Shown here: positions 1 through 10,995 of the stretch, one piece after another
Layout: every line of letters begins with the position of its first letter
Numbering within the stretch: the stretch's first letter is position 1
Assembly (NCBI GenBank): GCA_905331295.1
Contig: CAJNYD010000400.1
Span: forward strand, 54,025-74,024
Length of the DNA stretch: 20,000 nt
Reading direction: 5' to 3'
DNA from: Rotaria socialis
Taxonomy: Eukaryota
Program-made: the position numbers and the translations under genes
Notes under the pieces: model-generated
Told to the model about the DNA's origin: nothing
Database searches by the model: none
Seen by the model: only the letters and a program-made list of their open reading frames with translations

Positions 1-150
1 TCTCATTAAAGTATTTATTTTCACTTTGGACACGAAAAGAATGTAGTTTTTTCGAGTCACCTATGAATATGTCGAATTTACGTCACTCCGACCCATATAG
101 TTTTTCTTTTATTACATAAAAGAAAACATTGGAACTGCTGGTAAGTATCT
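1..150 (+). repeat. Left arm of an inverted repeat pair (partner 3683-3831); continues beyond the window start
   Basis: The reverse complement of 1-150 aligns to 3683-3831, including the shared core GTCGGAGTGACGTAAATTCGACATATTCAT and AAAGTGAAAATAAATACTT-AATGAGA, with scattered substitutions and indels. Confidence 0.9.
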
Positions 151-1241
151 TGTAGAGAAAGCAAAAAACATATTGAATCACAGTATTCAATATAAGAAAT
201 ATTGCAGGCGCAATAGTCTTTGTTCATTCAAGTATTTAACCGAGTACCTACCTTTGATATACAAAATTATGATTCACATCATACAGATTCTCATCATAGA
301 TGAAAAGAAGTTCGTGTCAATTAAAATACTCTAAATAATATTCGCTTTCATTGAATATATTTGTTGAATACTTTTGATCAGATGGATTGTGGGCGTTGAT
401 CTTCATGTTGTACATTTGTTGTGTTTATAGGTTTCAGGGAACTGATTTACGTTATTTGGCAATGGTGATATATACGAGGAACAAAAATGTGCACCATGAA
501 GTCTTTGCTTAATTATGCAATTAGCTTCTTACAAATACTAATGAATATTACGATGTTCTTTCCTATATTCAAGGAGTAAAAATTAGATGCATTCATTTCA
601 TAATTGGTATCGATCTTATTTCTCTTTAATTTTGTGATAAAGAACAACTGCAGCGACGTAGGATTTTAAGTCAAATCATCAATTCCATTGGTGACGAACC
701 AAACGTAAGTGACCAAGTCTCGTATTGTAGCTACTGGATGTTGTATTTGGTCGAAACAGAAGTTATTCAAAATAATAAAGATAGAATCCAATTGTTTTTG
801 TTGCCATTACATATAAGAATTGTGTAAAATCAACAGAAAAAAGCATGTATCGTTGATTGATTTTGATGAATAAATGTTCAGATTTTATTGATTATTTTCA
901 CTCTTTTTGTTTAAAATCGATTTAATATTTGGTATAAGCAATGCTTTCAATGAATATTGCTTTATTCGAAAACACTATAGAAATTGAGTGCAGCTGTTTC
1001 ACTTCTGAATAACTCATCTGCAATTTCTTTGTGCTTACTATATCGACTTTAATCAAAAATAATCAAAACGATCAATAAAAACTCGATGGTTTTGGTCACG
1101 CTTTGATTAGAATTGATTTTTAACCGCGTAGAAATCGATTTAAAATTCATTATTCTGATCTGACTTTTCACATAACCGCCACTTATTCCTCGTACGATTC
1201 TCTATATTTTCTGTCTTATTCGTGTTAGTTTGAGACGGTAA

Positions 1242-1620
1242 ATGAATGATATCAGAAACAGCATGATGATAAAAGAAAAGGCTTTAGTAGAAATGCGATA
1301 TCTTTCATTACACCGACGAGGATTGGCTCAAGCAATTAAAATGAAACAAAGCTAACTGGAAGATCCCATTTAATTGAATCAGCTTTGTGCAGCATAAAAT
1401 GTAAGTAAATTAGAAATTTAGGATTGTTGCAATCATCACTAGTTGTTTAATAATTTTGTTTTGTTTTTCTCCTTAACGTCTTCATAGACTAATACTGGCA
1501 TAAGAGACTAAATTATATTATTTTTTTTTTCGAATTTTAGAAGGCAAGAATCAATAAACGAGAGAACAACCAAGGACGGGGCTATTCAAGTGTTGTTAAA
1601 CAAGCAAGTTCCAATAGCTC
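1242..1620 (+). pseudogene. Possible decayed coding fragment of unknown family
   Basis: ATG-initiated frame MNDIRNSMMIKEKALVEMRYLSLHRRGLAQAIKMKQS* with further in-frame stops, a GTAAGT donor at 1401 and a polypyrimidine-AG acceptor at ~1540. No recognisable motif. Confidence 0.25.
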
Positions 1621-2217
1621 TAGTATCATCTAGATTATTCTACCGTAGCTTATATTATTTTCCATTGATAAAATGTTGATTAAAAAGACACAGTGAAAGA
1701 AAGCATTCAGATAGTTTATCTATTATTATCGTTGTGAGTGCTATACTTTGTTCTTTGTAATATTATCTATTAAATCTATCAAGAATTAGAATGAGCATCA
1801 TTATTAACTTATTGTTTGATGATGTTCAGTTTTGAATAGAATAAAAAAAAATGATATCAAAAATATCGAAATCGATAAAAATAAAGATTCCCATGTAGCT
1901 GTAGCTCTCTGTGTACACTCCCTCTATAGAGTTTGCCTATCATACAGTATAAGAGCCGATGAATTGAAGGTTCTTTATTATTTCAGTGACAAATTGGTTG
2001 CGCTGTAATTTGTCCTTATCATCCTTCGTATACAATTGTGTGTTTTTATCTAGGCTAGATGTTGTATGATAAAAGAAAATGCCAACGCAATAAATACACA
2101 TTGAAAGTTCTGTTTTCGTTTACGTTTATCAAAAAGTGTTTATTCACAAAAGGCAGCTTTACTCGTCTTGTCACATATTTCAACAGCCTAGCATTTTTTA
2201 ATTGCCTCTTTTCAATT

Positions 2218-2962
2218 ATAAAAAAAAAACTAGCCGTATTGGTTGCGTTTCCAGTCATAGTCATTCTGATTTGTTATAATTCAACAAATCCAAAATATTT
2301 GGGGCTACACATTTTACACTCTTTAATATCAATTAAAAATAGTTTCGTGCCCGATACAAACAGACCTATGTTGAGTCCCGAATATCGAGCACTTGAAAGT
2401 ATGCTTTGAGGAAGACCTCTCTTTCAAATCGATCCAAATCTGGATCCGCTAAAGCAAGCGAAAAATATACGTGCATCCTTTCCACTTGATACAATTGTTC
2501 CTCGTTCATTTTCATGCCACGCAGACAAACATGCATATGAAAACGGAGGACACACAGTTGATGCACATTGGATTCATCATGAAAGAGCTAAACCAAAATA
2601 AAATACTGATAGAATCATCATTTATCTGATTGGTGGAGGTTACACAGTCGGCGATGTGCAAGGCAGGTAAGCATGAATACCTTGACTGATGAAAAGAAAA
2701 ATAGGGAGTATCATGTAAGATAGTTATTACATTATTGCTGTCAATCCTATGTAAATATGCAAATTTTGTATTTTGTTTACTAGTCTATATCTATAGTGGT
2801 CTTGAATGTGATTTTTCTTGACTTTTCGATATCACTGTAATTCATTTGGACTATCGTCTTGTTCCTGAACATTCATTGTCATCAGCAGTTGATGATATAC
2901 TCACACTTTACCATGCACTTCTTCATGATGAGATTTATACTTCTCGGCTACCAATTATGGAA
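2218..2962 (+). pseudogene. Alpha/beta-hydrolase (HSL/Abhydrolase_3 esterase-lipase family) pseudogene, truncated before the nucleophile motif
   Basis: Hydrophobic N-terminus KKLAVLVAFPVIVILICY; IIIYLIGGGYTVGD at ~2611-2655 (HGGG oxyanion motif with H>I); an intron; then YSGLECDFS*LFDITVIHLDYRLVPEHSLSSAVDDILTLYHALL (DYRLAPEH motif, 2849-2872). Stops and frameshifts are present, and no GDSAG follows. Confidence 0.8.
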
Positions 2963-3384
2963 GTTTAGCATTTATACTACTGACGAGAACATTTCAGATT
3001 CAAGTGGTATTGATATGGGAGTTATAAATATATGTCGATAGTTTTTCCTCCAATGAATATTGATTGAAAAATAGGATTTATTTTTTTCAAAATCTTAATA
3101 GAAACGATGATATTCTATTGTAATTTATTCATCGCATTAAGTTCCTCGGCAACTATTCAATGTTAACTATCATATTAGTTCTGTGATAGTTTCATACAGT
3201 TGTCAATAGTTGCAGTGATAATATCTCACTAACAACTTAATACTCGTTGTGCACGGTCTCATAGAATGCATTCATTTACAATATGTTTTATTTACAAAGA
3301 ATTGAATTAACTATACTGAACATTGCTTGTCGTAGACTTTCTATTTAACATCTCATTCATGGTAGATATTCAGTTGTTATCAAT

Positions 3385-3475
3385 CTGGCCTCGGATTCCT
3401 CCTATATTTTCTATATTTAAAAAAATTCCTATTTTTTCTCCTATATTTCGATGAATTTTCCTGTATTTCCTATAA
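3385..3475 (+). repeat. Cluster of CCTATATTT-like motifs, probably one end of a decayed MITE
   Basis: Repeated cctatattt / cctatttt / cctgtattt / cctataaa within 90 bp. No partner end found. Confidence 0.35.
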
Positions 3476-3682
3476 AAATGAAAAAAAAGTAGAAAATTGA
3501 TAAAAAACCGCTCTTGTTTTAGTATAATTTTCATGTTTTTTAAACAAATCTATTCGATAATTATTGATTCTTTTGTATTCTTAGAATTTTTTTACAGGGA
3601 CTATTTTATTTACAATCTCTTTTCACATTATCAAACGGACAAAATGAAAATAACTGACTATTTTAAGTATAGATATTCAAAC

Positions 3683-3831
3683 ANATACTTACAAGCAGTT
3701 CTAGTGTTTCCTTTTATGTAATAAAAAATCTATATAGGTCGGAGTGACGTAAATTCGACATATTCATGACTGGCTCGAAAAAAGTACATTCGTTTTTTTT
3801 GTCAAAAGTGAAAATAAATACTTCAATGAGA
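3683..3831 (-). repeat. Right arm of the inverted repeat pair (partner 1-150)
   Basis: Reverse-complement match to 1-150. The repeat may extend further right, but its partner would then lie outside the window. Confidence 0.9.
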
Positions 3832-6730
3832 ATTTCTGGTAATCTACACCATCGTGTTCTCTAGAAAACTTTATACTTTTAAAAATCACCTGAATAAGAA
3901 ATTTCTAACGATCACCTACGGAAACATTATCTTTTTCATTCGTGTCAAGTATGACTTAAAACCATTTACATAAAAAAAAAACAGTTGTTGATGTATACTA
4001 ATTACATTCTTATTTTTGATAACAATGGAATATACTTTTTCGAACTTTTTGAACCATTATATTCGACTTTTAACTCACTGAGATCTAAATAGAGTAAAGA
4101 AAAACGAACTTCGTAATTGTCTGTATGTGTTTTAAGGAATCAAGAAAGAGGTATTCAGTCTCACTATGGAATTGAAACAAAAAATATTTAAAAAATTCAC
4201 AATCATCAAAATATGGACAATAATATGATTCTTTGACGTTGAGATAGATTTTTGAAGAAGCTGATGATCATTACAAAACGATCGTCACATAAGTCATTCT
4301 GCACTACTGTAGTAAGTTTCGCATTTTGACTTTCAACGGATTGCGTAATCAAACGTTTTCATGAAGCATACATCTTAGCATAGGTTAGATTGAGATTGAC
4401 ACAATGTTTGGACTCTTTTAACCAAAAGGTAGCTCAGTCATGACAAACTATTTTTCCACAGCCATCTTTTTCAAAGGATCTGTAGATTTATTAGTTATCT
4501 TTGAATCATACAAAATAGACAATAGAATATTTGATTATGCAAGCTTTATAAAGATAGCAACATTCCACAAATAAATTTAATAAGATTGGTGTTATTTGTG
4601 GTAATGAGAAGACGCATTCGATTAGCAGTTTTATGTGAAGAAAATCGCTTGAGGTAAATTCTATTTGATGATTGTCAATGAATTATTGTTAATCACTGAC
4701 CACATAGTATCACAATCAGATGGGATAACGTTGTTCCAGAAAAATTGACAATATTTGTGATATTGGTCTCAGCTTGTTATAGCGTTTTTTTGCAACTCTG
4801 TGTTGATGAATAGATTCATTCTTAATGTTATGCGTTGCTCATTGCGATACTTGAGTTTAGCATAGCAATAGTTTTCTAGTGCATATTTTCTTGTAGCGTT
4901 TTAAGAACCAACAAGCGTACTATGAAGTTCTCGGATTCCAACAATATGCTTCAATAAAGTCAACATAAAATATGATTCAGATGAGGACAGAAGCTTAACA
5001 TATTGAAGTAAAAGTTATCGGATTGAAAAAGTTTCTTCAAACGCTATTGTCAAAATCTCAAAAGGAGCAAAGTGTAATGAAAAGTTGGCAAAATACATGC
5101 CGTCATTCTCTCTATCTGGTATGAAAATCATCAGATGTTTAGGAATAAATCTTTTTCAAATGTCAAAATTTAATAAGAAGCATGTACTGATTCGTTTCGA
5201 TTGGTATTTTCTCTCACAAATCAGTTCTACTCTAGATCAATACCCGGAACGACATTTTTGTTTATTTCTTGAGAAGCATTTGCACAATATGTTTCAAAGA
5301 GTTGTAAGATGTTATAGTCGCCATTTAATAACAAAATAGTTGAAGAACACGCCATATTCGATGGATGCATACCTTTGAATCCTCCTTCCAAAGAATGCTA
5401 TGTGATGTATGAGCTGGATAATCATCTGCGACGATCATTGACTTTTGCACATCTATCGTGACATCGATCATGAATAACTATCGATTGAGGATGAGAGCTA
5501 TAGTTCAATATTTTGATAAAGAATGGCAGATAAAATAATACACATACTGATACTGCGCATTATCGATGGATTTTAATCACAGCTATGTGACATCTATTTG
5601 TATAACTCTATCAGAATCAAACATGTTCAAGGTTCCAGTGTAATCGAACGAAAGCTACAAAAAAAACTGGTGATTTTCTATCTGGGATAGTCAGCAGTCT
5701 AAGTGATAATACTTTTTTCAGCACATTTGATTTTGGTACTAACCAATGATTGTGTACCTGTGATTTTTTTTCACTAAACTATCAAATGTCAGAAAAATTG
5801 ATAATTTTTAAAGAGATCAGGATCATATTACTACAAAAAAACCACTATCCACGCGGTTGATACATGAATCGATCATTTTTTTTTATCGAGTTTTACTAAA
5901 AATAACTAATCAAATCTGATGCTCATCGTTTCTTAACTACTTGTTTTTATTGATATCACGCATTATTTCATCTTTGAAATATAATACATTCACTGTTATT
6001 TCAAAGATTAACGATTCGAAAATCTTGTGTTATGTGAACTAATTAATGTTCTAAAATAATTACCCATACGAAAAACTATATATACTCAATTGAGACTAAT
6101 GAGAAAACGGGTACCGACCTTCTCTAACGAACCATATCTTCTGGTGATACAATACCGGCCCAACTGATTTGCTCAATAGTGTTCAAAACTTTTTTACTGA
6201 AATGCTCAATAATACAATGAAATGCAAGTCTTTGATACGGGTGATTTTTTTCCTAGTCGGCGTTATTGATTTGATAATGTTCTACGTCCAAGCAGCAGCA
6301 TTAAATCCTTGTGGAAGTCTCGGTTCTCAAGAAAGCACTCTTCAATTGATACAAGAACAAAAAGGGGTCACTTCTTTTGTGGATTCGTCATCTTAAGTAT
6401 TTGATATTTTTGTTAAAAAAGTTTTAAGACTTAATTCATCTTCATCGTTCTCTTCGAATTTGTTGGAGATAGAAAATATTTTAAAGAACTTTTTCGCTTA
6501 TCACATAATAGTCTGTTCTTCTATTTCTGATCAATATACTAGGTATAAGAGTAATCGAATTACACAAATTTAACGAGTCTTCGTCTAGAATAGCTTGCTA
6601 ACGCGCAGAGTTATGTATTCCTTATAATATGGTATGACCAAATCGGAAATATTTTGCTTGAATTATACTGTTTCATCGATCATTGTTTTCTTGTTCTCGT
6701 TCTAAACGACGAGATAGATAGGATTATTAA

Positions 6731-7417
6731 GGGCTCCCCCCCTCAGAAAAGCCGATTTTTCAAAAAAAAACGGAATCGAGTTTTTATCATAGGAAGATTC
6801 CCCGTGATTTCCTCTCTCAGAATATATATAATTATTTGAAAAAAAGGTTACGTTTTGACAGACTTATTGAAGAAATACTCTTTCATTTCCCTTACTACCG
6901 CACACCTTTCTAAAAATTCCTAAATGTTGGTCTGAAAACATGGGTCTCAAGCAGAAAAATTGTTATAACTTTCGTTTGGCTTTAGCTTTCCCCGATATTT
7001 TTATTTATTTTAAAGGTTTGAATCTGAGCTAACTTTTCATCGACCGGATTTTCGATATTTGATTCCTGCACTGAGAAAAGTCTGATTTAGTGCGTTTTTT
7101 ATACCTAATTTGGCTGTCATACGGAATAAAATGCTGATAAAAAATAAATAGAAGAGAATTTAAAAATTCCGTCCGATGAAACGTTGCGTATGGATGCTAG
7201 CTTTAATTTGAAATCTACTCGACCTCGATAACTTTCACAGTCAAAAGAGTTATTTCGATTCTCGTGAAAGCTATAAAGCAAGTCGTAAGTCCAGTTTAGT
7301 AAGGTATACATGGCTGAAATTGTTACCACAAGCGTTTCTCACTGCCACCATGTATCCCTGAAAGTTTCAGCTCAAACCTATGCTCAAAACTGGCAAGTCG
7401 ATTCTGAAAGGGGGCCC
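6731..7417. mobile_element. Non-autonomous DNA transposon (MITE) with TTAA TSD and GGG...CCC termini, Kolobok-like
   Basis: TTAA(6727-6730)|GGGCTCCCCCCCTCAGAA ... TTCTGAAAGGGGGCCC|TTAA(7418-7421): an imperfect TIR with TTAA on both sides. Purine-starting termini fit Kolobok rather than piggyBac (CCY). Confidence 0.8.
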
Positions 7418-7599
7418 TTAAATTCTTCCAATTTCTTTTTCACTCATAATTGTCCTTAACACAAAAATACTGAGTAAAAAGTCTGATACATATACTATAG
7501 ATAAAATATTGTATTTATAATGATCGATACATATTGACTGGCTCACTAAACGTTTTACTTCCATTTTAGTTGAATTACACATATTTTTTCATCAAAACG

Positions 7600-7792
7600 A
7601 TGTACTCAAGTATTCTCTACAATATTGCTTTGATGATTTTTCTCATTAGCATTCCTGTGCGATATACATTAGCAATCTAGTGTTATACATCAGATCTGAG
7701 AAATATCTTTGCCTGACGTACATCTAAAATCTTCGAACATAAAGATATTAATGTTGATAGTGATTGAAGGTGCGCCGTTCTCGATATTGTGG
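7600..7792 (+). pseudogene. Decayed first exon of a secreted protein (signal-peptide-like)
   Basis: MYSSILYNIALMIFLISIPVRYTLAI*CYTSDLRNIFA*RTSKIFEHKDINVDSD*RCAVLDIV: a hydrophobic leader followed by three in-frame stops and a GT donor-like site near 7794. Confidence 0.3.
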
Positions 7793-8144
7793 GTATAAGT
7801 TGGCTATGAACTATATTTTCAATGAAATATTCAACATTTTCAGGTTATAGTTAGACGCTGCAATGTTTAGTTATTCTTAAAAAACAGGGAGCTCTTTAAA
7901 AACTCTATTGTCTCTTCGATTCTTTTAAAGCTCTGAGTATTGATTAATAAGCTAAAAGTTTATTTCACTGTCACATTAGTCATCATATCATTTATCGTGG
8001 CCAAAATAATAGTTACTATAGAGTACACGAAATAAATGAATTAGATGTACTAAATTTTGACCTTCGTAGTAACAGTTCATTACATCGATAGTTTGAAAAG
8101 GTAGACACTTAGAATTACGTATCCTAGCTGTTGTTAGCTAAAAA

Positions 8145-8517
8145 TAGGAGTGTGGATGCATTGTTATCGATATCAATAACAATAACTTTTTTTGTGGTTT
8201 ATTATTGATAACAATAACATTTTTTACTATTTGTTATAAATAACAGATAAATAGCAAATAACTTTTTTTTCTGAAAAAGATCATGTCTCAGTTCGTTGTA
8301 TGTTTTAATTGTATCCACTATATGAGCTGATGCTTGAGAACCAATTTTTAGCTTCTATATTGCTACTTAGCATAGTATAATGGATAAAAACAATGAACTG
8401 AGTTTTCACAAAAAAACGTTGATGTTATTTATCTTTGATTTATAACAAATAACTATCGAAAAAAGTTAGTGTTATTGTTATTAATAACAACAAGATAACA
8501 ATAACTTTTCACCCCTA
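8145..8517. mobile_element. hAT-type MITE (373 bp) with 8-bp TSD
   Basis: GCTAAAAA(8137-8144)|TAGGAGTG ... CACCCCTA|GCTAAAAA(8518-8525), with many subterminal AATAAC/GTTATT motifs at both ends. Confidence 0.9.
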
Positions 8518-8568
8518 GCTAAAAAATAAGCCTACATTTAAGTTTTCAGAACTACCAAAAGAAAGTGA

Positions 8569-8836
8569 CAATTTAGGGAATATTATAGATCCAAGTTTGA
8601 ACTGGAATATGTTGTCACCTTTAGGTATAGCCAGATTGAAACCCTTCCTAATCGCTTCGAAGCATCCGATGTTTTACTGTATCGTGACAACCAAATGATA
8701 TTCGTAGTTTTCGACAACACATATCATATTGGCACCTTTTGTACACCATTTGGCCAATCTTTCAACTGTACCGATCAGCTACTTGCTTGGCCAGATGCAT
8801 CATTAGCCACGACAGACTCCCAGTTCGAAGGGATTA
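8569..8836 (+). pseudogene. Host exon of an uncharacterised, possibly beta-propeller-like protein, cut at the left edge of the large element
   Basis: Open frame ...IETLPNRFEASDVLLYRDNQMIFVVFDNTYHIGTFC...LLAWPDASLATTDSQFEGI, with repeated FEAS/FEGI blade-like motifs. It switches abruptly to a T-rich tract and the 63-bp array, with no splice donor. The remainder of the 118-aa track ORF is translated repeat. Confidence 0.55.
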
Positions 8837-8866
8837 ATTTATTTTGTTTTTATTTTAATGTGTATG

Positions 8867-9005
8867 CATTTTTATGTATCCTCAGAGCTGAGGAATTTGA
8901 GTGCATTTGGTGTAACGAGAATGGGTATCCATTTTTATGTATCCTCAGAGCTGAGGAATTTGAGTGCATTTGGTGTAACGAGATGGGTATCGGAAATGGA
9001 TACCC
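8867..9005 (+). repeat. Two tandem 63-bp units plus a short inverted partial unit (left array)
   Basis: Unit CATTTTTATGTATCCTCAGAGCTGAGGAATTTGAGTGCATTTGGTGTAACGAGAATGGGTATC starts at 8867 and 8930. It is followed by AAATGGATACCC (8994-9005), the reverse complement of GGGTATCCATTT. Confidence 0.95.
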
Positions 9006-9886
9006 TATTGTAAGAATGCGTGTCTTCATAATTATAAATAAGGAAAAGTGATGCTATGTTGAAATTTATTGTATTCATGTAGTCAGCTTTATGCCAATGT
9101 TTATGGATGTGTTCAGATTTGTTTAATGAGTTTTGTAGATGGCGTGCAATTGCAGGTAAGTGTTCGTTGAACAACTTGATTTTCACCGGGTCACAATTTA
9201 TTACAACTTTGATCACAATGACTCGTTGAAGTCGTGTTGAAACTGTAGCATGCTGTGTGGTTGGTGTTATTGTGGATTGTCACATGTATGTTATGTGAAT
9301 TGTGCCTTATATTATTTTGTTTGCAGTAGGACCTGTCAGTAGGAAAATTCGTGATTCGTTCTCGAGAAGTTTTTTGAAAATGGTAGTAGTATCCTAGTTT
9401 GATTTTTGAACTAAACTTATTGAATTCGACGGAAGCGGTAAAAAGGATGTGAAGATAAGTGCACCTGTGTGGAAACACTATCAATAAAAGACATCTCTGG
9501 CTATTCACATACAAATACGCTACCGAGTTGTGTAGCAATCCACGGTGGATGACGAACAAAATATTAATCAATATAAGCCATCAACAAATATCCGAAAATA
9601 TTTTTCAAAACACAACATATTCCCATAATAGAGCATTGAGCATGAAATTATGAAGAACCTATAGTATCGTTAACTCGTTAATCGTTTAATTGCAACACAT
9701 AAACTTCAAAAGACCATATTCACTTATTTTAACACAACTATTTCACCGTTAGAAAAATTTAGTTGAAAATCTAACTTGATACATGAATGTGTTTGATAGT
9801 TAAAAGTTTTTCTGATTATATTCTTCTGCTCAGATTTATTTTAAACAGCGTCTCCATTCTCAGCATGAACGAAATTCGAATCGATA

Positions 9887-10223
9887 GTCGACATCAATCT
9901 TCTTGCTTTAATACAAGTTATCGAATCGTTTATAAATGAATTAATTCGAAATTCGAAATTATCTGCACTTTTTTTCACAGAATTCAATCTATTGAATGAT
10001 TCGTATGTGTAACTGTTTTTAATTTTAATTACGTTCATCTTTTAAGGCATATTCCGATATTTAGATTTCTGATTGTTCTGAATACATCTCAATGGGTGGT
10101 CGACATCTATCTTTATTCTTCAATAGATACTATTATATCGTCTGTCGATGAATTAAAACGAAGTTATCTGCGCCTTTTTCACAGAATTCAATCTAGTGAA
10201 TGATTCGTAGGTGTTATTGTTTT
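9887..10223 (+). repeat. Diverged direct duplication, period ~212 bp
   Basis: GTCGACATC...ATGAATTA...TTATCTGC...TTTTCACAGAATTCAATCTA(T/G)TGAATGATTCGTA(T/G)GTGT occurs at 9887-10020 and 10099-10223. Confidence 0.85.
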
Positions 10224-10995
10224 ACTAATGATTTTCATTTCTTTTGGGATATCTCAATTGTACAATGACTATTAGAAGAAATATATTTTTATGTCCATAT
10301 GGTACTTGTCAGTACATTGAAATCGATCATATTGAATTGTGTCAAATCAAACATTTCGAAATCATGTTGTGGTGTTCTGCGTTTTAGCCAAACTATTTAA
10401 GAGTTGGTCGGTTAGAATGTTTGTGTTTCAATAGCTTTTCTTTGTATTCAGATGTCGGAAAAGTAGCAATGTGTATAGGAACAAAAACTAAAACCAGGTT
10501 GATGTGAATGTTTGTCTGTGGTATGTTCGAAACTTTTTTTTAATGAATAGGACTTGTTTTTTATTGACCTGGAAAATATATGCAGTTACCTCTAGGATGT
10601 GTATATGGAAGTTTTTGTTTTTTTACAGTTTAACAGGTTAAATAAAATATAATAGAACACCTTGCTTTTAGGAAGGGAGAATGAAGAAAATGCGTTTTGG
10701 TATTTCTTTAGCTTGGAATTAGTTTGTTCACAAACGACTGTATTGATGTTTTTGAGTTCTTCGTAGGTGTAGGGGTTGGTTTGAGTAGAACACATGGCAC
10801 GTTTATGGTTGCCTATGTGAAATTTATCAACGACGAAAGTGAAGTTAGATCTAAAGTATTTGATTTAGATGCAAGAAATATATTTGTTGCTGGTTCTTAC
10901 AATGCATCTGTCCTTTGCGATTTTGTTATTTTGCCACGTTCTAATCGATTCCGTAGTGTGAGAATCAGGCCACATGCATTATCGTATATCAAGTA

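Noticed and set aside
840..1150. ATCGAT/AATCAA-rich patch with a short inverse match near 5850-5900
   Set aside because: Probably remnants of an old MITE; no termini or TSD could be defined.
4150..5650. Possibly decayed coding sequence, including the 84-aa ORF at 5085-5339
   Set aside because: Frequent stops and no motif I can identify with confidence.
6100..6480. ORF 6169-6396 and protein-like minus-strand frames
   Set aside because: Short, interrupted on the minus strand, and with no recognisable family.
8880..8960. Hammerhead ribozyme (CTGAGGA resembles the CUGANGA core of Penelope/Terminon repeats)
   Set aside because: No stem II-GAAA-stem III-UH arrangement is found on either strand. 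CTGAGGA is one arm of a DNA dyad, and no reverse transcriptase is present.
8867..8991. 63-bp repeats as a CRISPR array
   Set aside because: The units are directly adjacent with no unique spacers, the context is eukaryotic, and there are no cas genes.
8695..9051. 118-aa ORF with a repeated peptide FLCILRAEEFECIWCNE
   Set aside because: It is a chimera of the truncated host exon and read-through into the 63-bp array (21 codons per unit).
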